From positions 38,980 through 102,979 of the forward strand of contig JAAVZT010000003.1 in the NCBI GenBank assembly GCA_022791775.1: 64,000 nucleotides of DNA, read 5' to 3'. Under the pieces are notes generated by a model, which worked only from the letters and a program-made list of their open reading frames with translations, was not told the origin of the DNA and did no database searches. This DNA comes from Bacilli bacterium (lineage in GTDB: Bacteria > Bacillota_I > Bacilli_A > RF39 > UBA660). Positions 35,304-45,151 of the stretch are shown in pieces. Numbering within the stretch: the stretch's first letter is position 1; each line of letters opens with the position of its first letter. The position numbers and the translations under genes were made by a program.

Positions 35304-38242
35304 AATTAACAAGTATTAAAGCCTGGGGATTTAAATCTTTTGCTGATAAAATTGATATTCAAATCAAACATAATATTACAGCCATAGTAGGGCCAAATGG
35401 TTCAGGTAAAAGTAATATAGTAGACGCAGTTCGTTGGGTATTAGGAAGTCAATCTTTAAAATCCTTAAGAGGAGTCGGCAGTATGACAGACTGTATTTTT
35501 GCAGGAAGTAAAACAAGAGAGCCTTCTAAACGAGCAGAAGTTTCGTTAGAATTTGATAATACAGATCACACCCTAAACAGTGATTTAAATGAAATTGAAA
35601 TTAAAAGAGTTTTATATCATACTGGAGAAAATGAATATTTCATTAACAACACTCGTGTAAGGTTAAAAGATATTACTGATTTGTTCTTAGATTCAGGAGC
35701 AGGGGTAGAATCTTTTAACATTATTAGTCAAGGAAATATTGAAAACGTGATTAATAGTAAGCCAGAAGAGCGACGAACAATTATAGAAGAAGCCGCTGGA
35801 GTGATTAAATATAAAAAAAGGAAAGAAGAATCTTTAAAAAAGTTAGACAAAACAAAAGAAAATTTAGAAAAAGTTGGACTTGTAATTGCCGAATTGGAAA
35901 ACAGTGTCTTCCCACTGAAAGAACAAAGTGAAAAAGCAGAAAAATATTTAAAATTAAAAAAAGAATTAGAAGAATTAGAAATTTCTTTTATGGCTACAGA
36001 TATTAAAGAAAAAAATGAAGAATATCAAATTTTAAAATCGGAAGTAGAAGAATTAGAAAAAAAAGTATTAGAAGGCCACAGCAAAACAACGCAAAATAAT
36101 AGTAAAACAGAAAGTCTTCGTTTAACAAATTTAAAATTAGAAGAAGAAATTGGCCAAAAAAATGCAAAATTGTTAAAAATAACCGAAGAATTAGCAGCAA
36201 AAAGTAGTGAAAAAGAAATTACATTAGAACGACAAAAATATTCCTATGAAAAAGACAAAATAAATGAGGGAATTTTAAATTTAAAAGAAGAAGTCTTACA
36301 ATTTCAAAAACAAGAGCAAATTTTAACAATTGATGTAAAAAATGCCGAAGAAGATTTGAAACAAACAGAACAATTATTGCAGCAATTAGAAGAAGATATC
36401 TCTTTAAACCGAGTGAAAGAAAAAAGTGTAGCGACTGGAAAAAATAATTTAATGCGAGAAATGTGGGAATTAAAAAATAAAATAGATATCTTAGAGAACA
36501 ATTTAACAAACGATAGCAAGTTACCTATAGCGGTTAAAAATGTTTTAAATAATCCTCGTTTAGAAGGAATCCACGGCACAATAGGAAAATTAATTACCAC
36601 AGATGACCACTTGTTATTAGCTATGGAAACCGCTTTAGGAGCAAGCACGAATTTCATTGTAGTAGAAAATGAAACACATGCTCAAAAATCCATTCAATAT
36701 TTAAAAGAAAATCATTTAGGAAGAGCCACTTTTTTTCCATTAAATATTATAAAAGGACGAAAATTAGAGGAAAAAATTTTAATAGAATTAAAGAAAGAGC
36801 AAGGCTATTTGGGAGTAGCATCTGATTTAGTAAAATATGATTCGCAATATAAAAATATTATAGACAATCAATTAGGGAACATTATTGTAGTAAATAATAT
36901 GGATAATATGAATCGCCTTGGGAAAAAATTATCTTATAAATATCGAATTGTAACTTTAGAAGGAGAAATTTTACATACTGGAGGTTCTCTTACAGGAGGA
37001 ACACAGAAAAATACCAATAGTAGTTTAAGCGATAAATTAGAGCTAGAAAAAAGTCAGTCAAAATATCAAACTACGAAAGTAAAGTTAGATAAAGTGGAAC
37101 AAGAATGGGAACAAATCACGAAAAAATTAAATCATGCATACAATAATCGTCTAGAAATTGAAACTCAGAAAGTCTTAAAAAATGAAGAATGGCAGCAAAA
37201 AAAATTACAGATGGAAGAAATTATTCGAAAAAAAGAAGAGAAACAAAAAGAGTTAGAAGGAATGGCGAATATCCTAGAAAACAAACTAGACAAACATTTA
37301 ATTAAGATTTTAGAAGAATTAAGTGAATTAGAAAAAGAAAATGAAATACTAAAAAAAGAATTACTAGTTCTAAAAAATCGTAAGCAAGATATAATGGCTT
37401 TAATTCTAGAGCAGGAAAAAGAACTTCGCGAAAGAAATTCTGCTCAAAACCAAATCGAACAAGAATTAAAACAAAAAGAAATTCGATTAGGAAAATTGGA
37501 TATATTTCTAAATCATTTATTAACTAGTTTAAGTGCCAACTATAATCTAACTTATGAAAAAGCTATTCAAGATTATCCATTAGAAATAGAATATAATACT
37601 GCTAAAGAACAAGTAAACAATTTGAAAAGAAAAATAGAACTTCTAGGCAGTGTGAATTTAGGTAGTATAGAAGAGTATGAACGAATCAATGGTCGATATC
37701 AATTTTTAATGACTCAAAAAGAAGACCTAGAGCAGAGTAGTCAAAATTTACATCAAGTGATTTCAGAAATGGATGAAATCATGAAAGAAAAATTTGCAAC
37801 CGCTTTTGAACAAATAAAGGAAGAATTTCAAGGTGTTTTTAAACAATTATTTAAAGGTGGTAATGGTGTTTTAAAACTGACTAATCCAAATGATTTATTA
37901 ACTACTGGAATCGAAATAATTGCCGAACCCCCAGGAAAAAAATTAAATAATATTACATTATTAAGTGGAGGAGAAAAAACGCTTACTGCGATTTCTTTAT
38001 TATTTGCTATATTAAACGTTAAACCCGTGCCATTTTGTATTTTAGATGAAGTAGAAGCAGCTTTAGATGAAGCCAATGTTGACACATTTGGAGCATATTT
38101 ACAAAGTAAAAAAGAAAAAAGTGAATATCTTTTAATTACTCATAAAAAAAGAACAATGGAATACGCAGATACTTTATACGGAATCACAATGCAAGAGTCA
38201 GGAGTTAGCAAAATTGTAAGTGTAGAATTAGAAAAAATATAA
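35300..38242 (+). CDS. smc: chromosome partition protein SMC
   Basis: N-terminal Walker A GPNGSGKSN, long coiled coils, hinge, C-terminal LSGGEK signature and DE. Confidence 0.9.
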   Translation: MKLTSIKAWGFKSFADKIDIQIKHNITAIVGPNGSGKSNIVDAVRWVLGSQSLKSLRGVGSMTDCIFAGSKTREPSKRAEVSLEFDNTDHTLNSDLNEIEIKRVLYHTGENEYFINNTRVRLKDITDLFLDSGAGVESFNIISQGNIENVINSKPEERRTIIEEAAGVIKYKKRKEESLKKLDKTKENLEKVGLVIAELENSVFPLKEQSEKAEKYLKLKKELEELEISFMATDIKEKNEEYQILKSEVEELEKKVLEGHSKTTQNNSKTESLRLTNLKLEEEIGQKNAKLLKITEELAAKSSEKEITLERQKYSYEKDKINEGILNLKEEVLQFQKQEQILTIDVKNAEEDLKQTEQLLQQLEEDISLNRVKEKSVATGKNNLMREMWELKNKIDILENNLTNDSKLPIAVKNVLNNPRLEGIHGTIGKLITTDDHLLLAMETALGASTNFIVVENETHAQKSIQYLKENHLGRATFFPLNIIKGRKLEEKILIELKKEQGYLGVASDLVKYDSQYKNIIDNQLGNIIVVNNMDNMNRLGKKLSYKYRIVTLEGEILHTGGSLTGGTQKNTNSSLSDKLELEKSQSKYQTTKVKLDKVEQEWEQITKKLNHAYNNRLEIETQKVLKNEEWQQKKLQMEEIIRKKEEKQKELEGMANILENKLDKHLIKILEELSELEKENEILKKELLVLKNRKQDIMALILEQEKELRERNSAQNQIEQELKQKEIRLGKLDIFLNHLLTSLSANYNLTYEKAIQDYPLEIEYNTAKEQVNNLKRKIELLGSVNLGSIEEYERINGRYQFLMTQKEDLEQSSQNLHQVISEMDEIMKEKFATAFEQIKEEFQGVFKQLFKGGNGVLKLTNPNDLLTTGIEIIAEPPGKKLNNITLLSGGEKTLTAISLLFAILNVKPVPFCILDEVEAALDEANVDTFGAYLQSKKEKSEYLLITHKKRTMEYADTLYGITMQESGVSKIVSVELEKI

Positions 38243-38250
38243 TCAAAAAA

Positions 38251-38276
38251 GTCTTAAAATTTCTTTAAGACTTTTT
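38251..38276. terminator. bidirectional terminator between smc (+) and def (-)
   Basis: gtcttaaa/tttaagac stem flanked by A- and T-runs. Confidence 0.5.
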
Positions 38277-38826
38277 ATATTTCTCGCATCATTTCTGCAT
38301 TTTTAAAAGGTTCTTTGGAATCAATATAATCTGTGAATAATTTTCCGTTTAAATGATCAATTTCATGTTGAAAAGCAATTGAAATATCTTCTCGTACTCG
38401 AATAGAAAAAGGATTTCCATTGACATCATAAGCTTCCACATTCATTCTAGCATGTCTTGGAACAATTCCTTCGATCTCGCGATTAATGCTTAAACATCCT
38501 TCTCCTTCTCCTACATATATAAGCTCTTCACTTACGCTTTTTATTTTTGGATTAATAACAATATAATTTTTGAATTGACCTTTCTCATATTCATCGACAA
38601 TAACAAAAATTCGCTTTAATATTCCCAATTGAACAGCAGATAAACCCATTCCAGCTCGCAAATCATATTTCTCTCGTTCCTCATCTATTTGACTCATTTT
38701 TAAATATAATAACATATCTTCTATCATATTTTTGTCAGCTTGAGAAAGCGGAAAAGAAACCTCTTTACTCACTTGTCGAAGACGTTTATCTTTTTCATCT
38801 AAAATCGTAATATTTGGTAACTTCAT
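38275..38826 (-). CDS. def: peptide deformylase
   Basis: GxGLAAxQ-like GMGLSAVQ, EGCLS and QHEIDHLNG motifs. Confidence 0.9.
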   Translation of the reverse strand: MKLPNITILDEKDKRLRQVSKEVSFPLSQADKNMIEDMLLYLKMSQIDEEREKYDLRAGMGLSAVQLGILKRIFVIVDEYEKGQFKNYIVINPKIKSVSEELIYVGEGEGCLSINREIEGIVPRHARMNVEAYDVNGNPFSIRVREDISIAFQHEIDHLNGKLFTDYIDSKEPFKNAEMMREI

Positions 38827-38856
38827 AAAAATTCTCCCCTCATAACTTACGATTTA

Positions 38857-39843
38857 TTGTATCATAATTTAAAAAAATTGGAAGGAAAAGATAAAATAAG
38901 ATATAATAAAAAAGATTTTAGAAATGAGGACTGTATGATAAAATTAGTAAACACATTAAAAGAAGCGAATGCCGTTACACATAGTGGCTCTTTTCATGCG
39001 GACGATATTTTTTCTACCATATTTTTGGCCCAATTAAAACCAATTTATTTATATCGTATGAAAGAATTTTTAAGCGCAGAAGATTATCAAAATAAAATCG
39101 TATTTGATATCGGAATGGGAGAGTTTGACCATCATGATATAGATGCTAAAAAAAGAGAAAATGGTTTGAAGTATTCTGCCTTTGGTCTTTTGTTTGAAAA
39201 ATTTGGCCGAAATTATATAGCAAAAAAAGGAATAGAAGATATTGAATTGGCTTATCAAATGTTTTTAAATGAATTGGTCTATCAAATTGATGCAATTGAT
39301 AATGGAATATTTCCTCTTAATTCCTCTAATCATAAAATTACAACTTTATCCGAAACGATCGAGTTATTTAATTGTACTTGGAAAGAAGAGCAAGATAGCG
39401 ATTTGGCCTTTTCTTCTTGTCTAAGCGTTGCAGAAAAAATATTTAACCGAGTAGAAACACGAATAAAAGATAAAATAGCAGCTAGAAATATAGTAGAGAA
39501 ATCGATTTTAGCAAGCCAAAATGGAATATTGATATTAGAACAGTACGTACCTTTTATGGACTATTTATTAGCGAGCAGTGATAAGAAAGCTCAAGAAATC
39601 GTATTCGCTATTTTTCCATCCAATCGAGGTGGTTATAATATTAGAGCCATTCCAAAAGAATCAAATAGCTTAGAAAATCGTTTTAATTTTCCAATAGATT
39701 GGGGAGGAAAAACAAAAGAAGAATTGGTAAAATTAACTGCCATATCATCCTTTCGATTTTGCCATATTAATTTATTTCTTTGTGCATGTGATACTCTAGA
39801 AGATGCAATTAAAATAGCTCAATTAGCTATAAAAAAAGAATAA
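38857..39843 (+). CDS. MYG1/UPF0160-family metal-dependent hydrolase-like protein
   Basis: THSGSFHADDIF near the N-terminus resembles the MYG1 HxGxFHxDE motif. Confidence 0.45.
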   Translation: MYHNLKKLEGKDKIRYNKKDFRNEDCMIKLVNTLKEANAVTHSGSFHADDIFSTIFLAQLKPIYLYRMKEFLSAEDYQNKIVFDIGMGEFDHHDIDAKKRENGLKYSAFGLLFEKFGRNYIAKKGIEDIELAYQMFLNELVYQIDAIDNGIFPLNSSNHKITTLSETIELFNCTWKEEQDSDLAFSSCLSVAEKIFNRVETRIKDKIAARNIVEKSILASQNGILILEQYVPFMDYLLASSDKKAQEIVFAIFPSNRGGYNIRAIPKESNSLENRFNFPIDWGGKTKEELVKLTAISSFRFCHINLFLCACDTLEDAIKIAQLAIKKE

Positions 39844-39875
39844 TTAAATCCAATTATTCTTTTTTTTAGTTAAAA

Positions 39876-40067
39876 TTAATTATTGTTACAGTTACCGCCG
39901 AAACTCCAGCCTGCTCCAATTATAATAACAAGTAAGATAAATAACACAATCCAAATTGCAGCGCCAACACCATAGCCAGAAGTATAACCAGCATATCCAG
40001 TATTACAACAAGGTTGTTGATAGCCATATCCGCCACCATAGTATCCATTATTTCCGTAATAATACAT
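39876..40067 (-). CDS. tiny Gly/Tyr-rich membrane protein of the YjcZ-like (sporulation-associated) type
   Basis: MYYYGNNGYYGGGYGYQQPCC...AAIWIVLFILLVIIIGAGW resembles the tiny_TM_bacill family (FALIVVLFILLIIVG). Confidence 0.5.
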   Translation of the reverse strand: MYYYGNNGYYGGGYGYQQPCCNTGYAGYTSGYGVGAAIWIVLFILLVIIIGAGWSFGGNCNNN

Positions 40068-40214
40068 TTTTTTACCTCCTTTATGTATCTAATATAGTGT
40101 ATTAATATTCCTTCTATTTTGACAATGAAAAACGCAAATTTTTTTAAAATAATCAATTTGATATTTAGTTTTCATTTAAATATATTTATGCTACAATGAA
40201 TAATAGGTGAGGAT

Positions 40215-41378
40215 ATGAAAAACTTAATAAGTAAAATGGATAAGCCGCTACTTATTTTAATGATCCTATATTCCGTATTAGGATTAGTTATGATTTTAAG
40301 TGCTTCTAGTGTTTCAGCAGTACTGAGATATCATGTATCATCTTATTATTTTTTTATACGTCAAGCAATTTTTATAATCGGTTCTTTTATGATTGGCTTT
40401 GGTTTTGTACTCCGCTTTCCAACCAGCAAATATAAGTATGTTACACCTTTAATGGTTTTTGGAATTATAATTGCTTTAGCTGGATTATTTATATACGGTA
40501 AAATATCAAATGGAGCGCAAAGTTGGTATCGTTTAGGTTTTTTTAATTTACAACCCACCGAATTTGCCAAATCGGTTATTATTATTTATATGGCAGTTTT
40601 TTATGGAAAGAGTCTCAAAAAGAAAAAAACTTTATACTATAATTTAATTCCTGTGGCAGTTGCAATTTGCTTTTTTGTTTTAATAGCGATGCAACCAGAT
40701 TTAGGTGGTGCAATCATCATTGCTGGGATTTCCTTTTTTCTATTTAATATTGTTCCTCTTGATAAAGCTGGTAAAACGAAATTAATTAAAGTGTTAGGTA
40801 TTGGAGGAGTCTTAGTAGGAGTACTGGTTTTATATAGTGGAACCGAACTTTTAAATGCTATGCAAATGAGTCGTCTTCAATTTAAAAATCCTTGCAGCCG
40901 CTATGCTGAAAATACGGGGTATCAAGTTTGTAATGGTTTTATTGCCATTCATAATGGCGGGGTATTTGGTGTAGGCCTTGGAAATTCCTCGCAAAAATAT
41001 TTATATTTACCTGAAGCACATACTGATTTTATTTTTCCCATCATAGTCGAAGAATTGGGATTGTTATTTGGAATTATAGTTATAATAGGATATGGTTATA
41101 TGTTATATCGTATCTTAAAAATTGCCAAGCATGCGGATAATCCTCGAGGATCGATATTAGCTTATGGTACCTTTTTGTTGATTTTATTCCATTTATTAGT
41201 AAATTTAATGGGTATTTTAGCTTTAATTCCCTTAACAGGTGTTCCATTGCCATATTTAAGTTATGGTGGTTCTTTTACCATTAATGTTGTTTTAATGACG
41301 TTTGTAGTTCAAAGAGTAGCTATTGAAACCAAAATGAATCAAACCAAAAGAGAAATTTCAAAACTTGGTCAAAATTAA
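40215..41378 (+). CDS. SEDS-family peptidoglycan glycosyltransferase (FtsW/RodA/SpoVE)
   Basis: 10-TM topology. HNGGVFGVGLGNS and the PLTGVPLPYLSYGGS C-terminal motif. Confidence 0.85.
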   Translation: MKNLISKMDKPLLILMILYSVLGLVMILSASSVSAVLRYHVSSYYFFIRQAIFIIGSFMIGFGFVLRFPTSKYKYVTPLMVFGIIIALAGLFIYGKISNGAQSWYRLGFFNLQPTEFAKSVIIIYMAVFYGKSLKKKKTLYYNLIPVAVAICFFVLIAMQPDLGGAIIIAGISFFLFNIVPLDKAGKTKLIKVLGIGGVLVGVLVLYSGTELLNAMQMSRLQFKNPCSRYAENTGYQVCNGFIAIHNGGVFGVGLGNSSQKYLYLPEAHTDFIFPIIVEELGLLFGIIVIIGYGYMLYRILKIAKHADNPRGSILAYGTFLLILFHLLVNLMGILALIPLTGVPLPYLSYGGSFTINVVLMTFVVQRVAIETKMNQTKREISKLGQN

Positions 41379-41398
41379 AAGGAAAAAAGAAACTTACC

Positions 41399-42124
41399 TT
41401 GTATATGTATAATAGGAGGTTTCTTATGGAAATAACAGAATTTATTTATCATCATAAAATCACCTTGTTGGTGGTACTATTACTGGGAATAGGGTGTGTT
41501 TTTGTTGGATATACATTATTTACGGAAGAGCAAAAAAATGAATTAACAGAAATAAGCGATAGTACAGAAATAGAAGAACAAAAAGAAGAAGAAATTTTAC
41601 CAAAAGAGCTAGAATTGACAGAAACTCAAAAAGAAATGATAAGTGTGGATATAAAAGGAGCCATAGAAAAACCAGGAGTCTATCAAGTGCCAAAAGATAC
41701 GCGTATTCATGAAGGAATTGATTTAGCAGGTGGATTAACAGAAACAGCTTATACAGGTAATCTAAATTTGAGTAAGAAAATGCATGATGAAATGGTAATT
41801 TATATTTATACCTTAAAAGAATATCAAAAAAAAATCACCTGTATTCCGAAAAATGATTATGAAGGGGAAATAACACAAGAGATTTTAGAAAAAGAATCCA
41901 TAACAGAGAAGAAAGAGAGTAGTTCCTTAAATTTTCCCATTTCTATCAATGAAGCAAAAATGGAAGATTTGTTAGAAATAGATGGGATTGGGAAATCAAA
42001 AGCGGAAAATATTATTCAATATAGAGAAACCAACGGACCCTTTAAAAACTTAGAAGAATTAAAAGAAGTTAGTGGAATAGGGGAAGCGATTTACGAAAAA
42101 ATTAAAGATCGATTGGTCCTTTAA
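41399..42124 (+). CDS. comEA: competence protein ComEA (helix-hairpin-helix DNA receptor)
   Basis: N-terminal TM segment, SLBB-like middle and C-terminal tandem HhH (LLEIDGIGKSKAENII, VSGIGEAIYEKI). Confidence 0.8.
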   Translation: MYMYNRRFLMEITEFIYHHKITLLVVLLLGIGCVFVGYTLFTEEQKNELTEISDSTEIEEQKEEEILPKELELTETQKEMISVDIKGAIEKPGVYQVPKDTRIHEGIDLAGGLTETAYTGNLNLSKKMHDEMVIYIYTLKEYQKKITCIPKNDYEGEITQEILEKESITEKKESSSLNFPISINEAKMEDLLEIDGIGKSKAENIIQYRETNGPFKNLEELKEVSGIGEAIYEKIKDRLVL

Positions 42125-42287
42125 TCACTTTCTAGCTTGGTGCCTTTTCTTCACCAGTTGTTATATTATATGGAATATTCAGAATCCTCAGAAATCTTCA
42201 TTTTCTTCCAATCAATTTGTTTTTATAAGTGGTAAGGTATTAGAATACTCTTGGTCAGAAAAAAATCAATTATCCGTAAAATTAAAA

Positions 42288-44120
42288 TTGCCACAAGAAA
42301 ATATGATTGGATATTATTCTAATGAAAAAGAAAATTTCTTTTTAAAACAAAATATTATGATCGGTTCTACGATAAGAATAAAAGGAAAATTAAAAGCTCC
42401 AAGTCATAATACTATTCCCAATACTTTTTCCTATCGTAAATATTTGAAAAGTCAAAATATTTTCTTTGAAATAGAAATAGAAGAAATAGAGCTCATAAAA
42501 CAAGGGGGATTATTAGCCCAAGTGCGAAAATGGATCATCAATCGTTGCAACCGGTTTCCATACGCTTCCTATTTAAAGCAAATTTTGCTAGGAATAAAAG
42601 AGAAAACTGATATCGAAGAGGTGTATCGTCAAAATGGTTTAAGCCACATCTTTGTCATTTCTGGAATGCACATGGGGATGATTTACCAATGGTTTCAAAA
42701 ATTTTGCTCCCGAAAAGTATCTACAAAAAAATCTCAATTAATAGCACTCATTATCTTAACGATTTATCGTTTATTAATTATTCCATCTGCTTCAAGTAAA
42801 CGTGCATATTCTTTTTTTGTTTTTCTGAGTTGGAATAAATGGTCAAAGATAAACTTATCTACGAAACAAATATTTTGGTTTAATTTATGTTTTCATCTGA
42901 TACAAAATCCCAGCTCTATATTCCAAATTAGTTTTCAATATTCATTTTTATTGTCTTTTGCTTTTCTCTATTTTAAAAAGAAATCCTCCAATCAAATATG
43001 GAATCTTTTTTATCATAGTTTATTAGCCTTTTTATTTAGTCTTCCAATTACAGCCTATTATCAATATGCAATAAATCCATGGTCGATTCTAATCAATTGT
43101 ATTATGCTTCCTATTATCACAAAAGTTCTATTTCCATGTTTAATCCTCAGTTTTGCTATTTTCCCTCTTCAGATTTTCGCTTCTAAATGGATCCATATTA
43201 TTGAGAAACTCAATACATATTTTTTTAAGATGCCTGAAAGAGAGTGGATATTACCGAAAGTTCATCCGATTTTACCCATTTTATATTTTCTAATTTTAAT
43301 TTTATTATTGAAGTTTAAAAAAAGAATATTTCGATTTATCTTAGTTTTAATTTTGTTATTTTGGCATTATTATTATAAATTAGATTACCATGGATATCTT
43401 TTCTTTTTGGATGTAGGACAAGGGGATAGTTGTCTCATTATATCACCCTATCAAAAAGAAGTTATTTTGTTAGATACTGGATATAAAAATAAATATTTAA
43501 CAGATAATTTCCTAGTGTTTTTAAAAAGCTATGGTCTTCAAAAAATAAACTTATTAATACTATCACACGGGGATAATGATCATCTAGGAAATGCCAAGGA
43601 ACTTTTAAAAAAAATAGAAATAGATTACATTTGGATGAATGAGGGAAGAAAAAATGCAGCAGAAATAGAACTTGAAGAAACGTATCCCTCAAAAATTATT
43701 ACAAAATATCAACCAATTAATTTAAGTTTTCATAACTTAAGCCATGTAAAAAGAACCACCGAAAATGAAAATAGTCTTGTATTTCATATTTGTATCTATA
43801 AGATGTGTACGTTATTTTTAGGAGATTTAGATAGGACTGGTGAAGAAGAAATTATAAGAAAATATCATCTAAATGCCTCCTTATTAAAAGTAGCACATCA
43901 TGGAGCAAAAACAAGCACAAGTGAAGAACTTTTAAGAAAAATACAGTTTAAAATGGCAATTATTAGCGCTGGGAGAAATAATCAATATCTTCATCCCCAT
44001 AATGAAGTACTAAAAAAACTGGCAAAGTATCAAATTACTATTTTAAATACTCAAGAACAAGGAACCATAAGTTGGAAAATAACCCCTAAAAGATACACCA
44101 TAATAACAAATCCACCATAA
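42288..44120 (+). CDS. comEC: DNA internalisation competence protein ComEC/Rec2. The listed ORF starts at TTG. The in-frame N-terminal TM/OB region extends upstream to about 42081 without a canonical start codon
   Basis: Competence domain with many TM helices and a C-terminal metallo-beta-lactamase domain (FLDVGQGDSCLI...HHGAKTSTS). Upstream in frame is FNHFLAWCLFFTSCYIIW (a TM segment) and a DUF4131-like stretch. Confidence 0.75.
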   Translation: MPQENMIGYYSNEKENFFLKQNIMIGSTIRIKGKLKAPSHNTIPNTFSYRKYLKSQNIFFEIEIEEIELIKQGGLLAQVRKWIINRCNRFPYASYLKQILLGIKEKTDIEEVYRQNGLSHIFVISGMHMGMIYQWFQKFCSRKVSTKKSQLIALIILTIYRLLIIPSASSKRAYSFFVFLSWNKWSKINLSTKQIFWFNLCFHLIQNPSSIFQISFQYSFLLSFAFLYFKKKSSNQIWNLFYHSLLAFLFSLPITAYYQYAINPWSILINCIMLPIITKVLFPCLILSFAIFPLQIFASKWIHIIEKLNTYFFKMPEREWILPKVHPILPILYFLILILLLKFKKRIFRFILVLILLFWHYYYKLDYHGYLFFLDVGQGDSCLIISPYQKEVILLDTGYKNKYLTDNFLVFLKSYGLQKINLLILSHGDNDHLGNAKELLKKIEIDYIWMNEGRKNAAEIELEETYPSKIITKYQPINLSFHNLSHVKRTTENENSLVFHICIYKMCTLFLGDLDRTGEEEIIRKYHLNASLLKVAHHGAKTSTSEELLRKIQFKMAIISAGRNNQYLHPHNEVLKKLAKYQITILNTQEQGTISWKITPKRYTIITNPP

Positions 44121-44211
44121 AATATAATACATTATATATAATGTTGAGATATAGAAAAAGGGGCTCCCTTTTTCCTTTTATTATGCTAAAATAAAAAAGA
44201 TGGTGGTATAG

Positions 44212-45150
44212 ATGAATATTTATTTAATCGAAGCAACAAGTCATATTTTATTAGAAGAAGAAGTTCAAAAAATTGTAAAGGATTCACAAAACAAAATCAT
44301 ATATAATGCAGAAGAATGTGAAATAGAAGAGATTTTAAATGAGGCTTCTTATGTATCCATGTTTCAGGAGATGAAGTATATAATTGTGAAAAATGCAAAT
44401 TTTTTTGGAACTCAGAAACGAAAAGAAGAAGAAATGCTTTTCAAATATTTAGAACAACCTTATCCTTTATGTACAATAATTTTTACAACTTATAATCCAG
44501 TCGATCAAAGAAAGAAAACAACCAAGCTTATAAAAGAAAATTATAAATGTATTAACATAGTTTCTCCAAAAGGACTAGAATTATACAATAAAGTCGCTTC
44601 TTTGTTAGTAGAAAAAAAATTTTTGGCAGAAAAAGAAGTCATAAACTACATTATAAATGCTTGTTTAGGGAATTATGACCTAATTTATAATGAAATATCA
44701 AAAATAGATTTATATTATGAAAAACCGACTAAGCTTACAATCGAAATGATAAAACAAATTATATCCAAAGGAATGGTAGACAATAATTTTAAATTTATAG
44801 ATGCCGTAATTCTAAAGGATTTAAAAAAAGCTCTTCAATATTTAGAAGAACTGATGATTCAAAAAATAGAACCCTTGTCATTAATAAATTTATTAGCTAG
44901 AGAATATCGTAATATGTTATTAATCAAAACAATGGTAGAAAAAAAATATTCCAAAAAAGAGATCACTTTGAAACTCCACATTCAGGATTGGCAGTATGAA
45001 AAAACTTATCAAAATTCTCAAAATTATCACAAGGACGACTTAAAAGATTACTTAATTAAAATGGAAAAATTAGATTATCAAATAAAATCAGGAGAAATTG
45101 ATAAAGTAATTGGATTGAAGATATTTTTATTGGAACTCTATGAATATTAA
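44212..45150 (+). CDS. holA: DNA polymerase III delta subunit
   Basis: The position after comEC is conserved in Firmicutes. Size and helical C-terminus fit HolA. Sequence signature weak. Confidence 0.6.
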   Translation: MNIYLIEATSHILLEEEVQKIVKDSQNKIIYNAEECEIEEILNEASYVSMFQEMKYIIVKNANFFGTQKRKEEEMLFKYLEQPYPLCTIIFTTYNPVDQRKKTTKLIKENYKCINIVSPKGLELYNKVASLLVEKKFLAEKEVINYIINACLGNYDLIYNEISKIDLYYEKPTKLTIEMIKQIISKGMVDNNFKFIDAVILKDLKKALQYLEELMIQKIEPLSLINLLAREYRNMLLIKTMVEKKYSKKEITLKLHIQDWQYEKTYQNSQNYHKDDLKDYLIKMEKLDYQIKSGEIDKVIGLKIFLLELYEY

Positions 45151-45151
45151 G

